Part shown: piece after piece, positions 1 through 7,792 of the stretch
Numbering within the stretch: the first letter of the stretch is position 1
How the letters are laid out: each line of letters opens with the position of its first letter
Assembly: GCA_918234285.1 (NCBI GenBank)
Contig: CAKJXZ020000053.1
Coordinates: forward strand, 1-16,399
Source: Pseudomonadota bacterium
Lineage (GTDB): Bacteria > Pseudomonadota > Alphaproteobacteria > RF32 > CAG-239
Direction: 5' to 3'
DNA: 16,399 bases
The notes under the pieces: generated by a model
What the model was told of the DNA's origin: nothing
Seen by the model: only the letters and a program-made list of their open reading frames with translations
The model's database searches: none
Program-made: the position numbers and the translations under genes

Positions 1-198
1 CATACCGAATGCCGCAGCTATATCGTCAGCCGGTTTAGCGGCCTTTGCTTGCGGTGCCGGCTTGGTTTCCATACCGAATGCCGCAGCTATATCATCAGCC
101 GGTTTGGCGGCCTTTGCTTGCGGTGTCGGCTTGGTTTCCATACCGAATGCCGCAGCTATATCGTCAGCCGGTTTGGCGGCCTTTGCTTGCGGTGCCGG
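1..198 (-). repeat. Coding tandem repeat, 69-bp unit, about 2.9 copies visible (23 aa, ETKPAPQAKAAKPADDIAAAFGM)
   Basis: cataccgaatgccgcagctatatc... recurs at 1, 70 and 139 with only a few substitutions. The unit length is a multiple of 3 and in frame with CDS 1..1815. It probably continues beyond the window. Confidence 0.95.
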
Positions 199-1815
199 AG
201 TCGGCTTTTTATTCTGATTATGTGATTCCTGCTTATTTTTTGTATCTTGAGCCGCCGCAAAGAGCGCGTCGATATCAATATCAACAACTTTATCAATCGG
301 TTCTTCCTCAGTTACACCATCATCAACGATAATATCTGAAATATCGATTTCTTTATTTTTGACCTCTTTTTCCTCAAACGGCTTTTCTTTTGCACTCTTG
401 CCACTGTTTACAAGAATATCGGAAATATCGATTTCTTTATTTTCGGCTTTGGTCGGAATGGCTTCTTTTTTACCAACGTTATTTGTTGCCGGCGGATTTT
501 TAGGCTTTGCCGTATTTTCGGCAACAGAAGTCTTTGTCGGCTCGGCTTGCTTGTGATGTTCCGGCTCTTTTATTTGCTGGGTGTGTTGTTTATCTTTGTT
601 TTTCGATTCGTCCTTATCTTTTACGAGCGAATTTGCCGTCGCATCTTTTTTCTCCGGCGCGGTTTCCGCCTTTTTCTCCGGCACAATTTCTTTTTTCTCC
701 GGAGTGGTTTCCGTCTTTTTCTCCGGCATAATTTCTTTCTTCTCCGGAGCAGTTTCCACCTTTGTTTCTACTTTTTTCTCCGGTACCGTTTCCGCTTTAA
801 TCGGTTGTTCGTTTTTATCTTTTTTGATGATATTGGAAGAGATGTTGGAAGCAACCTTCAAGATTTTATCGGCAATGCTTTCGTGAGGTTGCTCGGTCGT
901 ATCTTTGGTTTCATTGTCGAGATATACGTTTGCTTTATTCTGTTTTTCGACTTTAACTTCCGCATCGGCTCTTTTATCGGTAACAACGGCCGTATTCAAA
1001 GTTGGTGCAGAATCAGCAAGCGGTGCTGTCGGAGCGGCCGGAACAATAGGCGCAGCCGGAGCCGTAACCACCGCAGGAGCCTCTTTTTGAATGATGGTAC
1101 GTTCAATAATCTGCGGTTGCATATCTTTTTGTTGGGCCATCAGGGAAGAAATAAATTCCTTCTGCGATTCCATAATCGTTTGCGATAAGGTCTGTCCGAA
1201 GTTTTTCAAAACATCCATTTGTTGCTGCGAATTTTCCTTGAGCAACGTGCTGATTGTATCCGTAATATCGATATTCGGTGCACTTTTATCGGTAGATGAC
1301 CCTTTTTGTTGTGCGGCAATTTGCTGAATATTGGCATTAAGTTTTTGCAGATTTTGCGAATAGGTGCTGAAAGAATCAGTTAACGCCTTGGTAAAGTCGC
1401 TTCCCAACTCTAACGGTGCACTGATAACCGTCGGAACTACTTGCGCTGATGCAACCTGCATCGGGCTCGGAGCAGAATCGCCGGCAGGGGCTTTTTGATT
1501 GATAAGATTACTCAGCGCGGCATCCTTAATACCTTTTTGCGTCTCCAAATCGCTGATGTGTTCCAATAAAATCCGTCCGCCCGGCAACAGAGCTAAAATC
1601 TGGCGAATTTTATTCGGCATATCCAAGAGTTGCTGGTCAAATTCGGCTCGTTTGCCTTCCCGAAAAATATGAATCTGGTGAAATATATTCAGATAACGCT
1701 GAGCCGTCAGCAATAAATCTTCCTGATCTTCTCTATTGCCTCTGAACTCTGCGTTTTCATTCAATTCTGAATTTACGGCAGGCACCGGTTGTTCTTTTTC
1801 TTTGGCTTCTACCAT
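1..1815 (-). CDS. Large low-complexity/repetitive hypothetical protein (partial, at least 605 aa, runs off the left edge)
   Basis: I read this frame by hand and found no stop codon from ATG at 1815 to position 1. A GGGAG Shine-Dalgarno-like site lies just upstream. The N-terminus looks globular (MVEAKEKEQ...LLLTAQRYLNIFHQIHIF...LALLPGGRILLEHI). It is followed by Q-rich helical and A/P/E/K-rich disordered segments with in-frame repeats. It is absent from the ORF track because its stop lies outside the window. Confidence 0.85.
   Translation of the reverse strand, partial: MVEAKEKEQPVPAVNSELNENAEFRGNREDQEDLLLTAQRYLNIFHQIHIFREGKRAEFDQQLLDMPNKIRQILALLPGGRILLEHISDLETQKGIKDAALSNLINQKAPAGDSAPSPMQVASAQVVPTVISAPLELGSDFTKALTDSFSTYSQNLQKLNANIQQIAAQQKGSSTDKSAPNIDITDTISTLLKENSQQQMDVLKNFGQTLSQTIMESQKEFISSLMAQQKDMQPQIIERTIIQKEAPAVVTAPAAPIVPAAPTAPLADSAPTLNTAVVTDKRADAEVKVEKQNKANVYLDNETKDTTEQPHESIADKILKVASNISSNIIKKDKNEQPIKAETVPEKKVETKVETAPEKKEIMPEKKTETTPEKKEIVPEKKAETAPEKKDATANSLVKDKDESKNKDKQHTQQIKEPEHHKQAEPTKTSVAENTAKPKNPPATNNVGKKEAIPTKAENKEIDISDILVNSGKSAKEKPFEEKEVKNKEIDISDIIVDDGVTEEEPIDKVVDIDIDALFAAAQDTKNKQESHNQNKKPTPAPQAKAAKPADDIAAAFGMETKPTPQAKAAKPADDIAAAFGMETKPAPQAKAAKPADDIAAAFGM
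331..443 (-). repeat. Direct repeat of 29 bp x2 (peptide NKEIDISDI)
   Basis: aatatc(t/g)gaaatatcgatttctttatttt occurs at 331-359 and 415-443 with one mismatch. Confidence 0.85.
649..795 (-). repeat. Degenerate coding repeat of PEKK motifs (6 copies)
   Basis: Translation: AETVPEKKVETKVETAPEKKEIMPEKKTETTPEKKEIVPEKKAETAPEKK. The plus strand shows recurring ttctccgg. Confidence 0.85.
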
Positions 1816-1841
1816 TTTGCTCCCAGCAATCTGTTATACAC

Positions 1842-1873
1842 TTACTCTCCCTATTTTAATATAGAGAGAGTAA
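1842..1873 (-). promoter_or_regulatory. 13-bp inverted repeat between the XRE gene and the repetitive-protein gene (RNA hairpin or operator)
   Basis: ttactctccctat-tttaat-atagagagagtaa. The single mismatch is a G-U pair in the minus-strand RNA. There is no U tract after it, so it is not a canonical intrinsic terminator. A TATAAC -10-like hexamer follows on the minus strand. Confidence 0.45.
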
Positions 1874-1906
1874 ATATCTTATTAATATCGCATAACAAAT
1901 AAGACC

Positions 1907-2881
1907 TTAAAGATTGATAACCGCAACCTTATGAATTTTGGTTAAATCTTCATTGGTGAAATTAATGCGTTCCTCAGGATTCCAACGTAATCCGTACAGT
2001 TGACCGTTTTCATCCTCACGGATACTCAAAAGCTTTGTTTCCGTCTCGCTGATATAATACAGAGCGATATCTCCGGCGCTGACTACTTCAGACGGATCAA
2101 TAAACAACACGGAACGGCTTGAAAGCAGAGAACCTAAGCGGCGTGTGCATAAATTAATGGCATAAATATCCTGCTTACCGCGAAGGCAACTCGGACACGC
2201 AACTTCCTTGAAATTACCTGTACGGCTGACAATGATATTACCTTCGGCATTACCGACACCGTACAGCGGTACCAAAATGTCATCATTACTGTCTACCGAT
2301 GAAACACCGAGATTGGCATAACGTGCATTATTCAACACTTTATAGCGGGTATCGTTATGCTCAATAATATCTTCAAGCTGGCCGTCAGCATCCAGTTTTT
2401 GAATGGTAGACTTTAACTGATCTACCGTCATAGATAAAGCCTTGGCAATATTTTTGTATTCTTTATCCGAAACTTCACGCTGTCCCATCTCAATTCGATG
2501 GTACACCGATAAGGTCATGTCGGCATGCTCCGAAACCTCAATCAGAGTCAAGCCTTTGTTGGTACGAATATGACGCAAGCCGGCGCCGAGAGTTTTCAAA
2601 CCGGCGCTCTGATTGATTTTGCTGCGGCGTTCTTGTTCGCGCTTCCATGCCTGAACAACCTCTTGCTGCGAGTTTTGTTCGTTAACATATAAATCTTGTA
2701 ATGAGCAATCCAAAAGCTCAGCCACTTGAATCAGTTGTTCCTGATTCAATCTGCGATAACCTTTTTCGATTTTGGAAACAGCAGACAGACTGACACCCAG
2801 GTGATCAGCCAATTCCTGCATCGGCATACCATGAATACGACGATGCATTCTTATTTGATTTGGGAAAATAATTTCTTCCAT
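1907..2881 (-). CDS. XRE-family transcriptional regulator with two HTH domains and a C-terminal degenerate S24/LexA-like domain (324 aa)
   Basis: HTH1 is IRMHRRIHGMPMQELADHLGVSLSAVSKIEKGYRRL and HTH2 is LRHIRTNKGLTLIEVSEHADMTLSVYHRIEMGQREV. The C-terminal VPLYG...IYAINL...VLFIDP...AGDIAL...NPE follows the S24 pattern. An AGGGG SD lies upstream of the ATG. Confidence 0.88.
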   Translation of the reverse strand: MEEIIFPNQIRMHRRIHGMPMQELADHLGVSLSAVSKIEKGYRRLNQEQLIQVAELLDCSLQDLYVNEQNSQQEVVQAWKREQERRSKINQSAGLKTLGAGLRHIRTNKGLTLIEVSEHADMTLSVYHRIEMGQREVSDKEYKNIAKALSMTVDQLKSTIQKLDADGQLEDIIEHNDTRYKVLNNARYANLGVSSVDSNDDILVPLYGVGNAEGNIIVSRTGNFKEVACPSCLRGKQDIYAINLCTRRLGSLLSSRSVLFIDPSEVVSAGDIALYYISETETKLLSIREDENGQLYGLRWNPEERINFTNEDLTKIHKVAVINL

Positions 2882-2916
2882 ATTCAGCCCCTATTAAACA
2901 CATAACATCTGCCCTC

Positions 2917-2944
2917 ATAATATGCACTTATCCCAAAAAAGCAA
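2917..2944 (-). promoter_or_regulatory. Possible sigma70 promoter for the XRE regulator
   Basis: The minus strand reads TTGCTT-N16-TATTAT about 35 bp upstream of the start, with AT-rich sequence upstream. Confidence 0.35.
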
Positions 2945-3054
2945 GACAAAAATTAATTTATATACAAAAAGCTTGCGGCACGGCATAATTCGCACAACGA
3001 CAATTTGTTGCCGATTTTACGGCATTCTTCGGAAATTACCGTTAAAATTGTTTG

Positions 3055-5862
3055 TTAACTTTGCGCCGGCGGTTCAATATTAAGACCGGTCGCGGCCATC
3101 ACATCGTTATACGATACACCGGATTGATGCAACATTCCGTTCAGTGCATTGACCTCCGAATTTTCGGTATTCAGTGCTTCTTCAAACTTTTTGGCCCGGG
3201 TAGTACGTTGCATTTGGTCAAGCTGTATTTGCGCCAGGTGACGGTCATAATCTTCCTGCGTAAATCCGGCCATAGCCTGGTCGCGGTCGATGTTGTTACC
3301 CCAACGGCCTTGTGCATCAAGCGGCTGACGTCCTTTGTTTTTCTGATTCGCATATTCCGAAAAACTGCTCTTGCTGTCGTGGTCATACACCGGTTTGCCG
3401 TCAGGCCCGAGCACGACTTTGCCTTTGGCATCGCGTTTTACCGTATATTTGTTGACAGCGGTTTGGACACCGTTACTCTTGTGATGAGTAATATTGCCCT
3501 TGCCGTCAATTGTCTTCATATCGATAACCATTTGTTTGCCGACGATTTTAGCGTTAATTACGCGCTGTTTCATCAATTTTTCACCGGTTTCCGGATCTTT
3601 ACCGTCCTGATTGCTTTGGATAATGGTAAACGAACCGTCTTCATTGATTTTTACGTCGCGACTCGCAAACGTATCCGGTAAATCCAGACCGCGGCTTTCC
3701 ATAACTTCGGAAACCATGTATGTGGCGGCGGCTTCCGGGTTGGTGGCGTCGTTCTTGATTTGGTTAAAGGCTTTGGCATTGAGGGTGCCGTCGGTCTTCA
3801 CCAACTTATCGGCAGCGGCATTTTTGAAATCCGTTTTGGAACTGACAAGATTACCTTTGGTATCATATCGATTGGTCGTGGTTGAAACACCATCGTTAAT
3901 GGTCTGCGTCACACCTTTAGATTTTTTAGCGGTTATTTCCTGTCCTTCCAACGGGTGCAAAACCGAACGAGTGTACGGAGTTTTATACGAAACGATTTCA
4001 CCCTCCGGATTCATGGTAAACGTACGGCTTCCGTCGGCGGTGGAGTAGTGCGTATAGCCTTCCTCGTCTTTGGTAGCCGTCATTTCTTCATAGCCGGTAA
4101 CCACACCCAGAGTGCGTTGGCGCGATTGGAATCTTATATTACCGTTTTCATCACGCATCGGTTCGCCTTTTTCATCTCTCATCACTTCAAATGCTTTATC
4201 CACGGCTGTACGTTCCTTAGCATTCTGCATCGAAGTCCATACCCCGTTGGCATCACGAGTAACCGTGCGCTCGATTTCTTTTCCGAGTAGGCGCATGGTG
4301 CTGCGATAACCGATAACATCACCGGTTGAAGAGTCACGAATTTCTTCGTTTTGTGATAAGCCGGTTTTACTCAATCCTTTCATAGCCAAACCGGTCAGGT
4401 GGTTATAGCCGCTGCGGAAGGAATTTCCGAATTTTGAGTTTAACCCGTTACCTACAGCCTTAGCTCCCTCTGCGGTATAATGTGCGGCCGGTTGCGCAAC
4501 GTAGTTGGAAAATCCTTGCGCCATGGTACCGCCGACCATACGGCCGATACCTTCGCTTCCGCCCAATCCAGGAGAGTCGGCAAAGCGTTTAGCCATACTT
4601 CCGGCCTCGTCCATAAATGACCAGCAGAAGAAACAGATAGCCATCAGCTTGAAGGCACCGATACCCCACCAGGCTAAGCCCTCTATCTTGTTATCAAGCA
4701 TATCCATAAAGCTACCGGTCACAAATATTTCATCGTGGGATTCGATTTCCGCCGGCGAGAGGCTCGATAATCCGAGCCAGGAGGCCAAATTGGAGTTGAT
4801 AACGTAAATTATCAGAGCCATGAATACAAAGTTGAACATGGCATTCATGAAGAAAGTCCAAATTATCTTGACATACTTTTCGGTAATCTTAAAAGCGTAA
4901 GCGGCAATAGCACACGGAATCAACGCGGCGGCGACACACAACTGCAAAATACAATCAATCAAACACCACGGGAACGCCAGCATCAAAATCGAGCCGACTA
5001 CCCATAACACCCAACCGGTTGAAACATATCCTAACCCCGGTAACAGATTTTTGAGGAAGCGGTGTTTGTTGTGTGCCAGGCATATTGAATATTTGCCAAG
5101 ACCAACCATAATACCGGTGGCATCTTCCAAATTTTTGATACTGCAGACGATTGATTCGCCGATTTCCACCGGCAGACCGCCGTCAGCTCCGATTGCATAA
5201 TTGCCTTTATATCCTTTAATATTTTGCATATAATCACTTGATTTATCACAAGTGGAAGTCGAATTCAGTGTGTTGACGAAGTTAAATCCTGTTTTCATAA
5301 CCGGATTCAGCGTCAGATTCATAACTTGGAAGATGGCTCCGTTCAAAATCATCACTACCACCGACACACGGAAGGCTTGGAACAAAAAGCCTTTCAACAT
5401 CTCTCCGGTGGAAGTGGCGCTCGTCGTACCGATTTGTTTGGCAAAATAAAACAGCATCCAGATTAAAAATCCGATAATCACCAAATTCTTACTAGGTACC
5501 GCCAATTGGTTATTTGCGGTCAAAGCCAACGAACTGGCAACATTGAACATAATTTTGAATAAATTGCAGAAAACACAACTCTTTGAATCCAGGAACTCAC
5601 CTAAAGCGCAGTCTTTGGAATCACCTTCTTTGATTTGGGCCGGAGTTACTTCGGTGTTGGCTGAGCCGCCGGCTCCCCCGCCGTGAGCTACTTCCGGACT
5701 ACCGCAATAACCGGACGAACCGCAAGGACTATCCGTAGGACAACTTCCGCAGACTCCGCCCCATTCGGAACCGCCTGCGTATGCCGAAGACAGAGGAGCA
5801 AACGCACCCAGCAATAACATCAATAAAAACATATATAACTGCAATTTTCTCATATTCGTCAT
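3055..5862 (-). CDS. virB6: VirB6/TrbL-like type IV secretion membrane protein, unit 5 (935 aa), with long hydrophilic C-terminal extension
   Basis: Signal peptide (...SSAYA), Cys/Gly-rich head, CVFC motif and multiple TM segments. It carries the VirB6-like signature LIDCILQLCVAAALIPCAIAAYAFKITEKY...W..FMNAMFNF, then a Gly-rich linker and a ~480-aa soluble tail. An alternative start is at 5853. Confidence 0.72.
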   Translation of the reverse strand: MTNMRKLQLYMFLLMLLLGAFAPLSSAYAGGSEWGGVCGSCPTDSPCGSSGYCGSPEVAHGGGAGGSANTEVTPAQIKEGDSKDCALGEFLDSKSCVFCNLFKIMFNVASSLALTANNQLAVPSKNLVIIGFLIWMLFYFAKQIGTTSATSTGEMLKGFLFQAFRVSVVVMILNGAIFQVMNLTLNPVMKTGFNFVNTLNSTSTCDKSSDYMQNIKGYKGNYAIGADGGLPVEIGESIVCSIKNLEDATGIMVGLGKYSICLAHNKHRFLKNLLPGLGYVSTGWVLWVVGSILMLAFPWCLIDCILQLCVAAALIPCAIAAYAFKITEKYVKIIWTFFMNAMFNFVFMALIIYVINSNLASWLGLSSLSPAEIESHDEIFVTGSFMDMLDNKIEGLAWWGIGAFKLMAICFFCWSFMDEAGSMAKRFADSPGLGGSEGIGRMVGGTMAQGFSNYVAQPAAHYTAEGAKAVGNGLNSKFGNSFRSGYNHLTGLAMKGLSKTGLSQNEEIRDSSTGDVIGYRSTMRLLGKEIERTVTRDANGVWTSMQNAKERTAVDKAFEVMRDEKGEPMRDENGNIRFQSRQRTLGVVTGYEEMTATKDEEGYTHYSTADGSRTFTMNPEGEIVSYKTPYTRSVLHPLEGQEITAKKSKGVTQTINDGVSTTTNRYDTKGNLVSSKTDFKNAAADKLVKTDGTLNAKAFNQIKNDATNPEAAATYMVSEVMESRGLDLPDTFASRDVKINEDGSFTIIQSNQDGKDPETGEKLMKQRVINAKIVGKQMVIDMKTIDGKGNITHHKSNGVQTAVNKYTVKRDAKGKVVLGPDGKPVYDHDSKSSFSEYANQKNKGRQPLDAQGRWGNNIDRDQAMAGFTQEDYDRHLAQIQLDQMQRTTRAKKFEEALNTENSEVNALNGMLHQSGVSYNDVMAATGLNIEPPAQS

Positions 5863-5882
5863 CCTGTTTTCCGTTATCCGTC

Positions 5883-7781
5883 TCAGACCTCCAACTCACG
5901 ATATTCGTCCTGCTCTTCGGCCTTTAATCTCTCGGCTTCTTCATCTGCAGATACGACATCATTCCATTTCTGCATCCAGGAACGATTATCCGTTTTTCTG
6001 TTGCTGTTATCGCCAACCCAGTTGCCGAAATCTTTCAATACTCCGCCGAGTTTATCAGCCGATTTACCCATATCCTTGCCGGTGCGGGCCACGATTTGGC
6101 CGGTTTTCTTGGCAATAAAGCGGGTTCGTTGACCTTTGTTATCTTCCATAGCCTGAATGGCATCTCTGGTTGATTGCGGCATATTTGCCATCTGGCGTAC
6201 CGTTTTAATCGGATGAGCCATTTTCTTGAACGGTGTTGCCAACACATCTGTAGGGTTGAGGGTAATAGGGGCTTGATCTGCCTCTTTAAGGCCTTCCTTA
6301 AACCCTTGCGCAAATTCTTTGGCGCCTTTTCCGACCTTAGTATTTGAAACCTTTTCTTTTGCTGCTTTGGCAGTAGAAGAAACAGTTTCTGCCGCAGCTT
6401 CGATTTTCTCTCCGGTCTTTACCTTGGTCTCGTGCAAATCGGCGCGAACTTCTTCCGTAGACTTGTCCGAAACCGAAGCAATAGTTGCTGCAACCGCCTG
6501 CTTTCCGGCTTCTTTGGCAGCTCCTCCGCCGTGTGCAACCACATTCTCGGTTGCCTGTCCCACCGTCGGCGTGACTTTGTCGATATTACGCTGAAGCTTA
6601 TCGCCGACCTTTTTGGTGAAACGGTCAACTTTTTGATTAAATCCGTTGCCGGAACGCTTGCCGTTTTCCAATTTCCCGTCCAAAAAGTTCTGACGCTCGT
6701 CTTCGGTATATGGTAAAGGTGCGGCGGCAGTAACAAAATCGGCGGCTGTTTTTACCCCTTCACCGGCAGCCTGAACGGCATCGTTTGCCTTTTGTCCGAG
6801 GTTTTGAATGGCCTCATTGGCTCTTCTGCCGGCATTATGCATGGCATTATTGTAATATTGGCGCGGATTGGACATTACCCGTCTTACGCCTCTCCAACCG
6901 TCGGCAATTTTTTCTCTGCCTTCAGCCGAAATCAACGAGCCCATACCGCTGATGGCCTGTCCGGCCTGGTGAGTAACCACGTCTTTGGCAAAGTCTACAG
7001 CAGGCTTGGCTACATTTTGCGCCACCATACCGAAAGCCTGTGTACCCATTTGGTTTATCGGGCTTGAACTGCCGAACATGGCATCGCTGAAAAATGCGTT
7101 AAGATAGTCGTTTACACTGGATTCCAATATTCTGAAACCAAAGACCAGACTAAAGCCGACCACCAAAATATGGGAACTGAAGAACGAGAAATTCTCACTG
7201 ATTATTTCTGTTTGTTCTTGATCAATAGCATACCAAAAGGCCTGATCCCCGCCTTCAAACAATCCGGCATCGATTAAACAGACGGCAAATGCCACACCGA
7301 CTGACATAAGCATAAACAACATGGAATTACGGATAATCGTACCAAGGTTATCGATAAACTTGTTACTGGTCGGCGGGAACGGCCATAAAGCGATGCTTAT
7401 CGGCATAAAGATAATGGCAACACCAAGTCTGAGAGAGGCGTCCACAAAATACATGCCGACGCTTAAGGACATAAATATTCCCACCACATAAATAGCCAAT
7501 CCGACAAACAACAAGCCGATGTTCGGAACGTCAATCAAACCGAAAACGGAGGTTTTATCTACATCAATGGCATAACACATCAAGGCGTGCCCCACCATCA
7601 GAACATTGCCCATGGTTTTGTACGTAGCGGTCATCAACAAATGCATTCCCTGCAAGATTCCGTTATCAAACAAGCCCGCGCTGTCGGCGGCAACCTGAGC
7701 CTGCGCCGGCACGGCAAAGAGCACTTGAGCAATAATCAATGCCCAAACAAGGAAGATGATATTTTTCAGTCCGTTTCTCAT
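5883..7781 (-). CDS. virB6: VirB6/TrbL-like protein, C-terminal half of split unit 4 (~632 aa), with its own signal peptide and an A/K-rich helical tail
   Basis: An AAGGA SD lies 6 nt before ATG 7781; alternative starts are 7784, or 7796 with an ATGA overlap. The signal peptide is MRNGLKNIIFLVWALIIAQVLFAVPAQA. The signature is VGHALMC...FVDASLRLGVAIIFMPISIALWPFPPT. The track's extension to 8021 overlaps the upstream gene and is probably not translated. Confidence 0.72.
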   Translation of the reverse strand: MRNGLKNIIFLVWALIIAQVLFAVPAQAQVAADSAGLFDNGILQGMHLLMTATYKTMGNVLMVGHALMCYAIDVDKTSVFGLIDVPNIGLLFVGLAIYVVGIFMSLSVGMYFVDASLRLGVAIIFMPISIALWPFPPTSNKFIDNLGTIIRNSMLFMLMSVGVAFAVCLIDAGLFEGGDQAFWYAIDQEQTEIISENFSFFSSHILVVGFSLVFGFRILESSVNDYLNAFFSDAMFGSSSPINQMGTQAFGMVAQNVAKPAVDFAKDVVTHQAGQAISGMGSLISAEGREKIADGWRGVRRVMSNPRQYYNNAMHNAGRRANEAIQNLGQKANDAVQAAGEGVKTAADFVTAAAPLPYTEDERQNFLDGKLENGKRSGNGFNQKVDRFTKKVGDKLQRNIDKVTPTVGQATENVVAHGGGAAKEAGKQAVAATIASVSDKSTEEVRADLHETKVKTGEKIEAAAETVSSTAKAAKEKVSNTKVGKGAKEFAQGFKEGLKEADQAPITLNPTDVLATPFKKMAHPIKTVRQMANMPQSTRDAIQAMEDNKGQRTRFIAKKTGQIVARTGKDMGKSADKLGGVLKDFGNWVGDNSNRKTDNRSWMQKWNDVVSADEEAERLKAEEQDEYRELEV

Positions 7782-7792
7782 CATATTTCCTT

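Noticed and set aside
1-198. 69-bp repeats as a CRISPR array
   Set aside because: The units are contiguous with no unique spacers, are a multiple of 3 and are in frame in a CDS. No cas genes are present.
45-1327. Plus-strand ORFs (45..332, 547..1188, 581..886 and others)
   Set aside because: They are antisense shadows of the K/E/P-rich minus-strand CDS. Their F/L/R/S-rich composition is what its reverse complement would give.
3014-3049. Intrinsic terminator after the VirB6 operon
   Set aside because: There is only an imperfect stem (ttttacgg...ccgttaaaa) with bulges and no U tract on the minus strand.
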